Assembly: GCA_030390025.1 (NCBI GenBank)
Contig: CM059432.1
Span: forward strand, 2,046,001 to 2,110,000
Source of the DNA: Squalus acanthias
Taxonomy: Eukaryota
Reading direction: 5' to 3'
Length of the DNA stretch: 64,000 bases
The notes beneath the pieces were generated by a model. The model saw only the letters and a list, made by a program, of their open reading frames with translations. It had not been told where the DNA came from and did not search any database. This document shows positions 37,815 to 50,920 of the stretch, one piece after another. The stretch's first letter is position 1. The number at the start of each line of letters is the position of its first letter. The translations under genes were made by a program, and so were the position numbers.

Positions 37815-39961
37815 TTTTACTGATACCAGCTTTTTACTTCCAGATTTTTTAAACTGTATTTTAATTAAAGACTAAGATTAATAGATTTTTGGTAGGTAAG
37901 GGTATCAAGGGATATGGAACCAAGGCCGGTAAATGGAGTTGAGGTACAGACCACCCATAGAAACATAGAAACATAGAAGATAGGAGCAGGAGTAGGCCAT
38001 TCGGCCCATCGAGCCTGCTCCGCCATTCAATGGGATCATGGCTGATCATCCAAATTCAGTACCCTGTCCCTGCCTTTTCCCCATATCCCTTGATCCCTTT
38101 AGCCTTAAGAAATATATCTAACTCCTTCTTGAATATATTTAATGAATTGGCCTCCACTGCCTTCTGTGGTAGAGAATTCCACAGGTTCACCACTCTCTGG
38201 GTGAAGAAATTCCTCCTCATCTCTGTCCTAAATGGCTTACCCCTTATCTTTAGACTGTGACCCCTGGTTCTGGACTCCCCGACCATTGGGAACATCCTTC
38301 CTGCATCTAGTCTGTCTAGTCCTGTTAGAATTTTATAAGTTTCAATGAGATCCCCTCTCATTCTTCTAAACTCCAGCGAGTATAAGCCCAATCGACCCAA
38401 ACTCTCCTCATACGTCATTCCTGCCATCCCAGGTATCAGCCTGGTGAATCTTCGCTGCACTCCCTCCATGGCAAGAACCCATGATCTAATTGAATGGTGC
38501 AAAAGGTTCGAGGGGCCGAATGGCCTCCTCCTGTTCCTATATTCTCAAACTGCATGGTGGGATTGTGAACTCAATGTTCTCTGGGATTTGTTATTACTAG
38601 CCCAGTAAAATAGCCACTACACTACCATGTGTAGTAAAGATAAAATGGACAGAGAAGGAGATGGTGCAGCCATGTATGTCAAAGACACCTGGAGGTGAAA
38701 GATGTTGTTCTAGTGGGAGGTAGAAAACTACACAACAAACTACTCAGGTGAGATATCACTAACCTGAAAAATCCAAGCTAACACGACTGTATTGTGTACA
38801 GTTTTGGTCTCCTTACCTAAGGAAGGATATACTTACCTTAGAGGGAGTGCAACGAAGGTTCACCAGACTGGTTCCTGGGATGGGGGGGATTGTCCTATGA
38901 GGAGCGATTGAGGAGACTAGGCTTATATTCCCTAGAATTTAGAAGAATGAGAGGTGATCTCATTGAAACATATAAAATTCTTACAGGGCTTGACAGGGTA
39001 GATGCAGGGAGGATGTTTCCCCTGGCTGGGGAGTCTAGAACCAGGGGTCACAGTCTCAGAATAAGGGGCCGGCCATTTAGGACTGAGATGAGGAGAAATT
39101 TCTTCACTCAGAGGGTGGTGAATCGTTGGAATTCTCTACCTCAGAGGGCTGTGGAGGCTCAGTCGTTGAGTATATTCAAGACAGAGATCGATAGATTTTT
39201 GGATAATAAGGAACCAAGGGATATGGGGATCGGGCGGGAAGGTGGAGATGAGGTAGAAGATCAGCCATGATCTTATTGAATGGCGGAGCAGGCTCGAGGG
39301 GCCGTACGGCTCCTATTTCCTGTGGTCTTATGAGGGCTTTGTTATAGATCTCCAGGTAAGCACTGGGAGGATGACTGTGGCGAGCTCGGAAGGATATGTG
39401 AGAACAGGAAAGTTATTTGAACGAGAGACTTCGAAATAACCCAATATAAAGGGAGCAACCCCCAAGTGCTTTCGCGCCAGCGATGGTAAATGACTGCTTC
39501 ATGGCCCAGTGCATCAGAGAAGCCGCGAGTGGCAGTCTTCATCATCAACTGGGATTCGCACCAAGACCATGACATTATACAAAAAATATAAGTTGTAGTT
39601 GCCCTGGGGGACAGCGAGCACAGATTGATTGAGTTTAACATGATCTGGGATTTTAGCAATAACTGAAGTCCAGGGGCCAGATAGAGAACTTTCAAAGAAC
39701 TCATTTAAAAAGAACTCAGGCAACAAACTAAAGCAAGTGGCATTGGGTGGCGGTTTTTCAACAACACTTAAGTAGAGAACAGTTTTAAAGGGGGTGCAGG
39801 AACAGAGAGACCTGGGGTTATAGGTACACAAATCTATGAAGGTGGCAGGACAAGTTGTGAGGGCTGTTAAAATGGCTTACGGGATCCTTGCCTTTATAAA
39901 CAGAGGCATAGAATATAAAAGCAAGGAAGCTATGCCGAACCTTGATTTTTTTATTTATTAG

Positions 39962-40880
39962 TTTATGGGATGTGGACGGCGCTGGCAAAGCCAGCATTTA
40001 TTTGCCCTTGAGAAGGTGGTGGTGAGCCGCCTTCTTGAACCGTGGCGTGAAGGTGCTCCCACAGTGCTGTTAGGGAGGGAGTTCCAGGATTTTGACCCAG
40101 CGACGATGAAGGATTGGCGATATACTTCTAAGTCAGGATGGTGTGTGACTTGGAGGGGAACTTGGAGGTGGTGGTGTTCCCATGCGCCTGCTGCCGTTGT
40201 CCTTCTAGGTGGTAGAGGTCGCGGGTTTGGGAGGTGCTGTCGAAGGAGCCTTGGCGAGTTGCTGCAGTGCATCTTGTAGATGGTACACACTGCAGCCACG
40301 GTGCGCCGGTGGTGGAGGGAGTGAATGTTTAAGGTGGTGGATGGGGTGCCAATCAAGTGGGCTGCTTTGTCCTGGATGGTGTCGAGCTTCTTGAGTGTTG
40401 TTGGAGCTGCACTCATCCAGGCAAGTGGAGAGTATTCCATCACACTCCTGACTTGTGCCTTGTAGATGGTGGAAAGGCTTTGGGGAGTCAGGAGGTGAGA
40501 CATTCGCCATAGAATGCCCAGCCTCTGACCTGCTCTTGTTGCCACAGTATTTATGTGGCTGGTCCAGTTAAGTTTCTGGTCATTGGTGACCCCCAGGATG
40601 TTGATGGTGGGGGATTCGGCGATGGTAATGCCATCAAATGTCATGGGGCGGTGGTTAGTTGCTCGCTTTTTGGAGATAGTCATTGCCTGGCACTTGTGTG
40701 GCGCGAATGTTACCTGCCACTTAACAGCCCAAGCCTGAACGTCGTCCAGGTCTTGCTGCATGCGGGCATGGACTGCTTCATTATCTGAGGAGTTGTGAAT
40801 GGAACTGAACACTGTGCAGTCATCAGCAAACATCCCCACTTCTGACCTTATGATGGAGGGAAGGTCATTGATGAAGCAGC
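39962..40880 (-). mobile_element. Second-family LINE 3' fragment
   Basis: ORF 39958..40839 (MFADDCTVF...VRSVMEYSPLAW) is homologous to 9715-11229. Confidence 0.85.
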
Positions 40881-42317
40881 TGGTTAGGCCTCAGCTGGAG
40901 TATTGTGGCCAATTCTGGGCACAGTCAGGGCCTTGGAGAGGGTGCAGAATTACTAGATTTACTAGAATGGTAGCAGGGATGAAAGACTTCAGTTACATGG
41001 AGAGATGGGAGAAGCTGCGATTGTTCTACTTAGAGCGGAGAAGGTTATGTGAAGATTTGATAGAGGTGTTTTGAATTCTCTGCCCCAGAGGGCTGTGGAT
41101 GCTCAGTCGTTGAGTATATTCAAGGCTGAGATCGATAGATTTTTGGACTCTCGGGGGAATCAAGGGATACGGGGATCGAGCAGGAAAGTGGAGTTGAGGT
41201 TGAAGATCAGCCATGATCTTATTGAATGGCGGAGCAGGCTCGAGGGGCCGAAAGGCCGACTCCTGCTCCTATTTCTTATGTTCTTATGTGTTCAAAATCA
41301 TGAAGGTTTTGATAGTGTAGATGGGGAGAAACAGTTTCCACTGGCAGCAGGGTCGGTAACCAGAGGACACAGATTGAAGGCAATTGGGAAAAGCACGCGA
41401 GGATTTTTTTTATACGCAGCGAGTTGTTGTGACTGAAAGGATTGTAGAAGCAGATTCAATAGTAACTTTCAAAAGGAATCAGATTAATACTTGAAGGGGA
41501 GAAATTTGCAGGGCTCTGGGGAAAGAGCACGGGGGGAGTGGGACTAATTGGAGAGCTCTTTCAAAGAGCCAGCACAGGCACGATGGGCTGAACGGCCTCC
41601 TTCTGTGCTGTGCGTTTTTGTGATTCTAACCGGAACATCTTCAAGGAAATGATTTTGAAAATGCAGGATAAATACAAACCTGCAAACTCAGACAAATATG
41701 TGTGACTCTACATGGAGTAGTAAACAAATCAGAGAATGATGCAGCGCAGGAGGAGGGCATTCGGCCCATCGTGCCTGTGCCGGCTCTTTGAAAGAGCTCT
41801 CCAATTAGTCCCACTCCCCCCTGCTCTTTCCTTGTAGCCCTGCCATATTTTTCGTTTTCAAGTATTTATCCAATTCCCCTTTTTAAAAGTTATTATTGAA
41901 TCTGCTTCCACCGCCCTTTCAGGCAGCGCGTTCCAGATCACAACAACTCACTGCGTATAAAAAAATCTCATCTCCACTCTGGTTCTTTTGCCAATGACAT
42001 TAAAACTGTGTCCTCTGGTTACCGACCCTCCTGCCAGTGGAAACAATTTCTCCTTCTCTGCACTATCAAAACCTTCATAGTTTTTAACGCCTCTATCAAA
42101 TCTTCCCTTAACCTTCTCTGCTCGAAGGAGAACAATCTCAGCTTCTCCGGTCTCTCCACATAACTGAATTCCCTCATCCCTGGAACCATTCCAGTAAATC
42201 TCCTCTGCAGCCTCTCCAAGACCTTGACATCCTTCCTAAAGTGTGGTGTCCAGAATTGGGGCCTAACCAGTTTAACATATCTTCCTTGCATTTGTACTCT
42301 ATGCCTCTATTAATAAA

Positions 42318-43179
42318 CGACACCACACAACCCTGCCATGGCAAACTCTGCAAGACATGCCAGATCATCAACACAGATACCACCATCACACGTGAGGACA
42401 CTACCCACCAGGTACATGGTACATACTCATGTGACTCGGCCAACGTTGTCTACCTCATACGTTGCAGGAAAGAATGCACCGCGGCATGGTACATCGGCGA
42501 GACCATGCAGACACTGAGACAACGTATGAACGAGCACCGCGCAACAATCGCCAGGCAGGATTGTTACCTCCCAGTCGGGGAACACTTCAGCAGTCAAGGA
42601 CATTCAGCCTCGGATCTGCGGGTAAGCGTTCTCCAAGGCAACCTTAGAAACACACGACAACGCAAAATCATCGAGCAGAAACTGATAGCCAAGTTCTGCA
42701 CTCATGAAGACGGTCTCAATCGGGATCTTGGGTTTATGTCACGATACATGACGTGATCCGGACTCGAGTCGTCGTTAGCTTGTTCACAGATGTGATTCCC
42801 AGTAAAAAAGTAAAAATTTTCCCAGTAAAAAAGTAAATTTTTTTTTTAAAGCTTTTCGTTTTACATACAGACGGCAGCTTTTGACACGTTAGAACCCCTG
42901 CGACTTCACCTCATTGTCTCAGTTGTATCTTGCTATGTCTTTTGATGTGGTACCTTCCTGGCTGACTTAATTAACTTTATCACACCTCGGCAGATAGTCA
43001 GGATGATTTAATTTATTGGTCTGCAATTGTAAAGTACACATGCTTTTTTTTCCATCTATATATGCTCTGACGATTCTGTATCCAATTTACTTCACCTGAG
43101 GAAGGAGCGATAGTTCCGAAAGCTTGTGATTTCAAATAAAACTGTTCGACTATAACCTGGTGTTGTGCGACCTCTCAAT
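42318..43179 (+). mobile_element. 5'-truncated Penelope-like element (family A) with GIY-YIG endonuclease domain and 3' pLTR
   Basis: ORF 42241..42756 contains PCHGKLCKTC...VVYLIRC...WYIGET...LRQRMNEH...VGEHF...E...GLN, a Cys-rich linker plus GIY-YIG that is Neptune-like by inference. 12-bp TSD tctattaataaa at 42306-42317 and 43180-43191, within a CR1 fragment. Confidence 0.9.
43092..43129 (+). ncRNA. Minimal hammerhead-ribozyme-like motif (PLE family A)
   Basis: TCAC-CTGAGGA-A-GGAGC gata GTTCC-GAA-AGCT-T-GTGA. It varies only at the free position 7, the loop, and one G-U wobble. Confidence 0.68.
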
Positions 43180-43354
43180 TCTATTAATAAAGCCCAGGAT
43201 CCCGTATGTATTTTTAACAGTCTTCTCAACTTGTCCCGCCACCATCAAAGATTTGAGCGAATCAAAAGTGAAGAGAAAATATGATCAGTACAAATCCTGC
43301 AGAGTGAAACGTGAAAGGCTTCACTTAGTGTCTCATCCGAAAGACGGCATCACA

Positions 43355-44321
43355 GACAGTGCGGCGCTCCCTCAGTACTGCCCCTCCGACAGTGCGGCGC
43401 TCCCTCGGTACTGCCCCTCCGACAGTGCGGCGCTCCCTCAGTACTGCCCCTATGACAGTGCAGCGCTCCCTCAGTACTGCCCCTCCCACAGTGCGGCGCT
43501 CCCTCAGTACTGCCCCTCCGACAGTGCAGCGCTCCCTCAGTACTGCCCCTCTGACAGTGCAGCACTCCCTCAGTACTGCCCCTCCGACAGTGCGGTGCTC
43601 CCTCAGTACTGCCCCTCTGACAGTGCAGCACTCCCTCAGTACTGCCCCTCCGACAGTGCGGCGCTCCCTCAGTACTGCCCCTCTGACAGTGCAGCACTCC
43701 CTCAGTACTGCCCCTCCGACAGTGCGGTGCTCCCTCAGTACTGCCCCTCCGACAGTGCGGCGCTCCCTCAGTACTGCCCCTCCGACAGTGCGGCGCTCCC
43801 TCAGTACTGCCCCTCCGACAGTGCTGCGCTCCCTCAGTACTGCCCCTCCGACAGTGCGGCGCTCCCTCAGCACTGCCCCCCCTCAGTACTGCCCCTCCGA
43901 CAGTGCGGCGCTCCCTCAGTACTGCCCCTCCGACAGTGCAGCACTCCCTCAGTACTGCCCCTCCGACAGTGCCGCGCTCCCTCAGTACTGCCCCTCCGAC
44001 AGTGCCGCGCTCCCTCAGTACTGCCCCTCCGACAGTGCGGCGCTCCCTCAGTACTGCCCCTCCGACAGCGCAGCGCTCCCTCAGTACTGCCCCTCCGACA
44101 GTGCGGCGCTCCCTCAGTGCTGCCCCTCCGACAGTGCGGCGCTCCCTCAGTACCGCCCCTCCGACAGTGCAGCGCTCCCCCAGTACTGCCCCTCCGACAG
44201 TGCGGCACTCCCACAGTACTGCCCCTCCGACAGTGCCGCGCTCCCTCAGTACTGCCCCTCCGACAGTGCGGCGCTCCCTCAGTACTGCCCCTCCGACAGT
44301 GCCGCGCTCCCTCAGCACTGC
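43355..44321. repeat. 33-bp minisatellite (~29 units) expanded within a SINE
   Basis: Unit ccgacagtgcggcgctccctcagtactgcccct. The flanks at 43325-43354 and 44322-44425 are the host SINE. Confidence 0.95.
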
Positions 44322-46890
44322 ACTGGGAGTGTTAGCCTAGATTTTGTACTCAAGTCTCTGGAGTGGGATTTGAACCCACAACCTTCTGACTCAGAAACAA
44401 GAGTGCTGCCCACTGAGCCACGGTCGACACTTCAACAGATTAACTAAAACAGATGAACTGGTCATTTTTTTCATTGCTGTTTGTAGGAACTGACTGTGTG
44501 CAAATTGGCTGGCATATTTGTCTATAATACAGTGACTACACTTGAGATATCAAATGGACGGGGAGCCTTTTGGGACACCCTTAAGATGTGGAAAGAATTA
44601 TTTAAAGGCAAGTTCTTTCTTTCTTCTTCTTTACATCTACCTTTTCTTAACGAGAATTAATACATCGCATTTACAGCACAGAAACAGGCCATTCGGCCCA
44701 TCTGGTCCGTGCCGGTGTTTCTGCTCCACATGAGCCTCCTCCCACCCCTCTTCATCTCACCCCGTCACCATATCCTTCTGTTCCTTTCTCCCGCATGTGT
44801 TTGTCCAGCTTCCCCTTAAATGCATCTATGCTATTCGCCTCAACCACTCCCTGTGGGAGCGAGTTCCACATTCTCACCACTCTCTGGGTAAAGAAGTTTC
44901 TCCTGAATTCCCTACTGGATTTATTAGTGACCAGCTTACATTTATGTTAATGGAAAATAGCAGGCAGCTTTTCCATTCTTGATCACTTCCCATTATCTCG
45001 CCACACCAGTATGCCAGATATATTTGTGGACCAGATCTGACACACAGTCTGAAACTGGTCACCACTCTGTAAGCAAGCCTGCTGTCACCTCATCATTTTG
45101 TTAAAATTGGCATATCTTGTCTTCTGAACCTTGGCGGTGTGTCTTGCCTTGTGGTCCTTAAACCCTTCACAACTGTTTCTCCATTTAATTTTTGCATGTG
45201 CGAGGCTAGGAAACAGGACATTTGACTACAGGGAGCATCAGGGAAGAATCCACTCTCTTGTCCTCACCCGATAATCACATGCTAACGCTTCCCGCAGCCA
45301 CCACGGGATAGTGAGCAGAGGTGGGAATGCTGGCTGATATCCCGTGCAGTCAAAGGCATTCTACTCAGCTGATCGACAGGGGATAGAATCTGTCTGCTCC
45401 GTAATCTCAGTAAATCTCACCATGGGGAGGGACGATTTGCCTTCCATTTGTCCATTTGTAAAGGGCCAGCGGTTGGGGTTGCCATTCTATTGTGCACCTA
45501 CTCAGTAGAAAGAATGGGTTGCTCGTCATTTACTTATGTCTGCCTTTGGTCAGGTGGGTTAAGGGTTTAATCATAGAATCGTACAGCGCAGGAGGAGGCC
45601 ATTCGGCCCATCGTGCCTGTGCCGGCTCTTTGAAAGAGCTCTCCAATTAGTCCCGCTCCCCCCAGCTCTTTCCCCACAGTCCTGCACATTCCTCCTTTTC
45701 AAGTATTTATCCAATTCCCCTTTTGAAAGTGACTATTGAATCTGCTTCCACCGCCCTTTCAGGCAGCGCATTCCAGATCACAACAACTCGCTGCGTAAAA
45801 ATATTTCTCCTCCTCTCCCCTCTGGTTCTTTTGCCAATTACCTTAAATCTGTGTCCTCTGGTTACCGACCCTCCTGCCACTGGAAACAGTTTCTCCTTAT
45901 CTACTCTATCAAATCCCCTTCATGATTCTGAACACCTCTATTAAATCTCCCCTTGACCTTCTCTGCTCTAAGGAGAACAATCTCAGCTTCTCTCAGCCTC
46001 TCCACACAACTGAAGTCCCTCATCCCTGGAACCATTCCAGTAAATCTCCTCTGCCCCCTCTCCAAGGCCTTGACCTCCTTCCTGAAGTGCGGTGCCCAGA
46101 ATTGGACACAATACTCCAGCTGAAGCCCAACCAGTGACTTACAAAGGTTTAGCATTTATAACTTGCCATTTTCCTTGTGTCAGTGCTTGGTCGGGGAAGG
46201 AATCCCTGACCGCTGCCAATAAGTTTGCTGTGGTCTCGCACGTTGCAGCCACAACAGACCATAAATTACCATAATTATGTAAATATATTTTTGCCTCAGT
46301 AGTGAAGCGTGCTTTTGAATTGAATTTGGTTTGAAATGTCGTCTCATCATTCTCTGAAGACACGCAGGGTTTCATATTTTCTACTCGCTGAAAGTGGTGC
46401 ATAGATTTCCAATGGGTCATGGACGTGGGACAGACAAGAACACCCATAGACGAGTGATTAGAATGACCCACTGTCGAAAGGCTGGGGTTGTTTTCCTTAG
46501 AGCAGAGAAGGCTGAGGGGGGGACATGATTGAGGTGTACAAAATTATGAGGGGCATAGATAGCGTAGATAGAAAGGAACTTTTCCCCTTAGTAGAGGGGT
46601 CAATAACCAGGGGGCATCGTTTCAAGGTAAGGGGCAGGAGGTTTAAAGGGGATTTGAGGAAAAACTTTTTCACCCAGAGGGTGGTTGGAATCTGGAACTC
46701 ACTGCCTGAAAGGGTGGGAGAGGCAGGAACCCTCACAACATTCAAGAAGCATTTAGATGAGCACTCGAAACGCCATAGCATACAAGGCTACGGACCAAGT
46801 GCTGGAAAATGGGATTAGAATAGACAGGGCTTGATGGCCGGCGCGGACACGATGGGCCGAAGGGCCTCTTTCTGTGCTGTATAACGCTAT

Positions 46891-47630
46891 GGGCTGGATT
46901 TTCAATGACCCGTGGAGCCGGGTTTGGAGGCGTGTGGGGGGTTAAAATAGCGAAAAGTGGTGGGCGGACCTGATCCCGACTCCACGCAATTTTGACAAAA
47001 TCGGTCACGGGGTTCCCGACTCCGTCCCACCTCCAAGAGGCGGGAGAGGCCATTAAAGCCCTTAACAAGCCCTAAATTGGCTCTGTAATGCCATTTTGAA
47101 ACGTTTTAGCTAGTTTAACCCTTTTCCGACGTGAAGTACGCCTGATGTGAAACACGCCAGTGAAACCTGGCGGGAGCACAAGTGGATAGCTGACTATCAG
47201 CTGCAGGTCCACTATTACAACGGAGATGTGATGAAGGTAGTAGTAGTATTAGGTCTGAAAGTCGCCTCTGATGCTGCTGCATTGAATGTCTTCAGAGACT
47301 GCCTGGGAGGACTTGGTTGCAAAAAAAATTCTCTCTCTCTCTCTCTGAGATGCTGCTCATTTTGCATCCAGGTCCTCTCACAGCAAAGGCCAGGCAGTGT
47401 CTGAGACCAGGCAGTGTCTGAAAGCCTTCAATGCAGCAGCAATGATGACATCATCAGAGGCGACTTTCAGACTGAAACCACTAATTGGTTCATGGGTTCC
47501 CACATGCTGGAACTCAATTGCCCAATTAAGTGAAAATTGCATCAATCTCCCACATCCAATTGCAGTCGGGTGGATAACACGAAATGCGGATGACACGACC
47601 CCAACCCGCCCCAGTATCAAAATCCAGCCC
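46891..47630. mobile_element. PIF/Harbinger-like MITE
   Basis: 12-bp TIRs gggctggatttt / aaaatccagccc with a 3-bp TSD tat at 46888-90 and 47631-33. Confidence 0.8.
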
Positions 47631-47641
47631 TATGACTCTAT

Positions 47642-48535
47642 GGGGGAAAAATTAGGTCGCGCCCCATTTGGGGCGCAAATATCGTCTGGACGCAAATATT
47701 AGCGCCTGGCGCTAATTATCGGCACTGACTGGAAACTTCACTTTTACCTGCCCCGGGAGGTGAGTGGAGCGCTAAAGCAGGCGCTGCACACCTGTCTTAA
47801 GGCGCAAAGGCCAAGGAGTGAGGCGCTAACTCAGAGCGCTGGCGAAGCTCATGTAATGTCAGTCAGCAATGGAACACACACACAATGGCACGGGCCAGTT
47901 CTTAAAGGGGATGGTTAATCTTGCTTTCCATCCACATCCTGTTCATTGCAGCCTTGAATCTCGGCCTGGAGAGACTTGCACATCAAATGTGCTGGAAAGA
48001 ACAATGGAGAGTACCAGGCAAAGAGCTCAGAGTGCAGCTCCCACAGTCTCTGCTAAATCGATACAAGGAATGGCAAATCAAAATGAACCTGCAAAGTGCT
48101 GCTCAGTACCCAAAACTCCTTCACACAACGTTGAATCTCTCCAGAAGTCTCTCCCTCTCTCTCTCAGAATGCGTAGTTCAAAAATGCCACCAACAATAAA
48201 AGACAGGAAGAGGCCCCCTTTCAATAGCGCCCCCCCCAGCCCCACAGCGATTGATAGCGTTCCAGTCTTCTGGTCGTTGGATGCGCCAGGCGGTAAGGCA
48301 GGGGGCGCCACTCAATTTCCGCTCCGGGGTGCCACAAGGGCGTTGCACCATGGAATGACGTCACAATCTGCGCGCGCAGGTGGTCGCAGCGGTAAAGTTT
48401 AGCGCCGCCGCACAATCTCTAGTTAAGTTCCCGAGCGGCACAAACATCGCTGCGCCCGGGCGTTAGCGGCTTTGCGCCCCATTAGCGCCCTCTTAAGGCG
48501 CTAACGGGAGGCGCAACCAACTGAATTTTTACCCC
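47642..48535. mobile_element. ~894-bp PIF/Harbinger-like non-autonomous element, copy 2
   Basis: Imperfect TIRs gggggaaaaattaggt / actgaatttttacccc, TSD tat at 47639-41 and 48536-38. It is the reverse complement of 27336-28228. Confidence 0.8.
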
Positions 48536-48749
48536 TATGAGATCTTCCAAGTTGAGCAACTGGTATATTTGCAACAAGATATTACAATATCAAATTGGGA
48601 GGGCAGTGTTTTTTCCCACTCATTGTACATGTCACTCTTATGGGTGACTTGAAAGGGAAAAATTTGCAGAGCTCTCCAACTAGCGCCACTCCCCCCTACT
48701 CTTTCCCCACAGCCCTACAGGTCACTACGTGTCAGTCTTACGGGTGTCA

Positions 48750-49160
48750 GCCGCAGCTCAGCGGGTAGCCCCCTCCCCTCTGAATCTAGAAGGTTGTGGG
48801 TTCAAGTTCTAGGCTGACACTCCAGTGCAGCACTGAGGGAGTGCTGCACTGTCGGAGGTGCCGTCTTTCATATGAGATATTAAACCGAGGCTCCGGCTAC
48901 TCTCTCAGGTAGACGTAAAAGACACCATTTCGAAGAAGAGCAGGGGAGTTATCCCCGGTGTCCTGGGGCCAATATTTATCCCTCAATCAACATAACAAAA
49001 AAAACAGATTATCTGGTCATTATCACATTGCTGTTTGTGGGAGCTTGCTGCCACCTTTCCTAACAGTGACTACACTTCAAAAGTACTTCATTGGCTGTAA
49101 AGCGCATTGGGATGTCCGGTGTTCGTGAAAGGTGCTGTAGAAATGCAAGTCTTTCTTTCT
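48750..49160 (+). mobile_element. Deu-type SINE
   Basis: Matches the other copies, with small deletions. Confidence 0.8.
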
Positions 49161-50920
49161 TATTATTTTTCCAAGTTGAAATAGTCTCTTCTGTTTCTCC
49201 CCGCCTTTGTGCGAACTGTTGTCAACGAGCCATGCATCTGGCAATGTTGCTCTTGGAGCTCGCCCCCTCCCTATCTCTGTAATCTCCTCCAGCCCTACAA
49301 CCCCCCCGAGATCTCCGCGCTCCTCCAATTCTGGCCTCTTCCGCACCCCCGATTATAAATCGCTCCACCATTGGCGGCCGTGCCTTCAGCTGCCTGGGCC
49401 CTAAGCTCTGGAATTCCCTCCCTAAACCTCTCCGCCTCTCTCTCCTCCTTTAAGACGCTCCTTAAAACCTCCCTCTTTGACCAAGCTTTTGGTCACCTGC
49501 CCTAATATCTTATGTGGTTCGGTGTCAAATTTTGTCTGATAATCGCTCCTGTGAAGCGCCCTGAGACGTTTTACTACGTTAAAGGCGCTGTATAAATACA
49601 AGTTGTTGTTGTTGGGAGATGTGCAGTCGCAGCCTGGGAATAAGTTTCTCTCCCATTCATTTTCTGTAATAAAACACCTAAGACCTCTGTTCAATGCCTA
49701 TCCACAGCAACAGAACTGAGTTCAGCAACTCAGCATTATGCAAGATAATGGGCATTCTAACCTGTCATGACGCAGACATCCATCTGAACAGGGATGTGAT
49801 GGATTGGAGATTTGTCTCATTTCAAATTACACAAGACAAGACAGTTTTTAAATATTTTGTCGGAGGAATGGCAAGGGTTTGACAGGTTTGAAATGCCTAT
49901 TTCTGTGTCTAGGTGTCAGGCTCATGTGTAGACGCCACTTCAGGACAAGGATGACCCAGCTCTGCCGGGCAGATTGTAAAATAGGCATCACAGATACCGA
50001 TAAGACCACCACCACCACCAATCTACATTTATATAGCGCCTTTAACGTAGTAAAACGTCCCAAGGTGCTTCACAGGAGCGATTATCAAACATAATTTGAC
50101 ACCGAGCCACATAAGGAGATATTAGGCAGGTGACCAAAAGCTTGGTCAAAGAGGTAGGTTTTAAGGAGCATCTTAAAGGAGGAGAGAGAGGCGGAGAGGT
50201 TTAGGGAGTGAATTCCAGAGCTTGGGGCCCAGGCAGCTGAAGGCACGGTCGCCAATGGTGGAGCGATTATAATCAAGAGGGCAGAATTAGAGGAGCGCAG
50301 AGATCTCGGAGGGTTGTTTGGCTGGAGGACATTACAGAGATAGGGAGGGGTGAGGATGAGAATTTTAAAATCGAGGCGTTGCCGGACCGGGAGCCAATGT
50401 AGGTCAGCGAGCACAGGAGGGGTGATGGGTGAACGGGACTTGGTGCGAGTTAGGACATGGGGCAGCGGGAGTTCTGGATGAGCTCCAGAGCTGAAAGTAC
50501 TCTCAAACCCGATTATCAGAGTCACCTTGCTTCACAAGTAGGAACATTATCAGCTTGGTTTTACTCTAGTTTTGATTGACAGCTTTATTTACAAGACCCA
50601 AGCCTGGACACCGCTGTCAGCCCAACCTCAGCATCTCCATGAAACTGGACACTAGTCATAGAACGATACAGCACAGAGGGAGGCCATTCGGCCCATCGTG
50701 CCTGTGCCGGCTCTTTGAAAGAGCTCTCCCATTAGTCCCATTCCCACCTGCCCTTTCCCCATAGCCCTGCAAATTTTTAAGTATTTATCCAATTCCCCTT
50801 TTGAAAGTTATTATTGAATCTGCTTCCACCGCCCTTTCAGGCAGCACATTCCAGATCACAACAACTCGCTGTGTAAAAAAAAATTCTCCTCAGCTCCCCC
50901 CTCTGGTTCTTTGATGAAGA

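Noticed and set aside
43160..44447. Repetitive proteins (YCPSDSAALPQ)n or a CRISPR-like array
   Set aside because: This is a pure head-to-tail 33-bp repeat with no unique spacers, embedded in a SINE in eukaryotic DNA.
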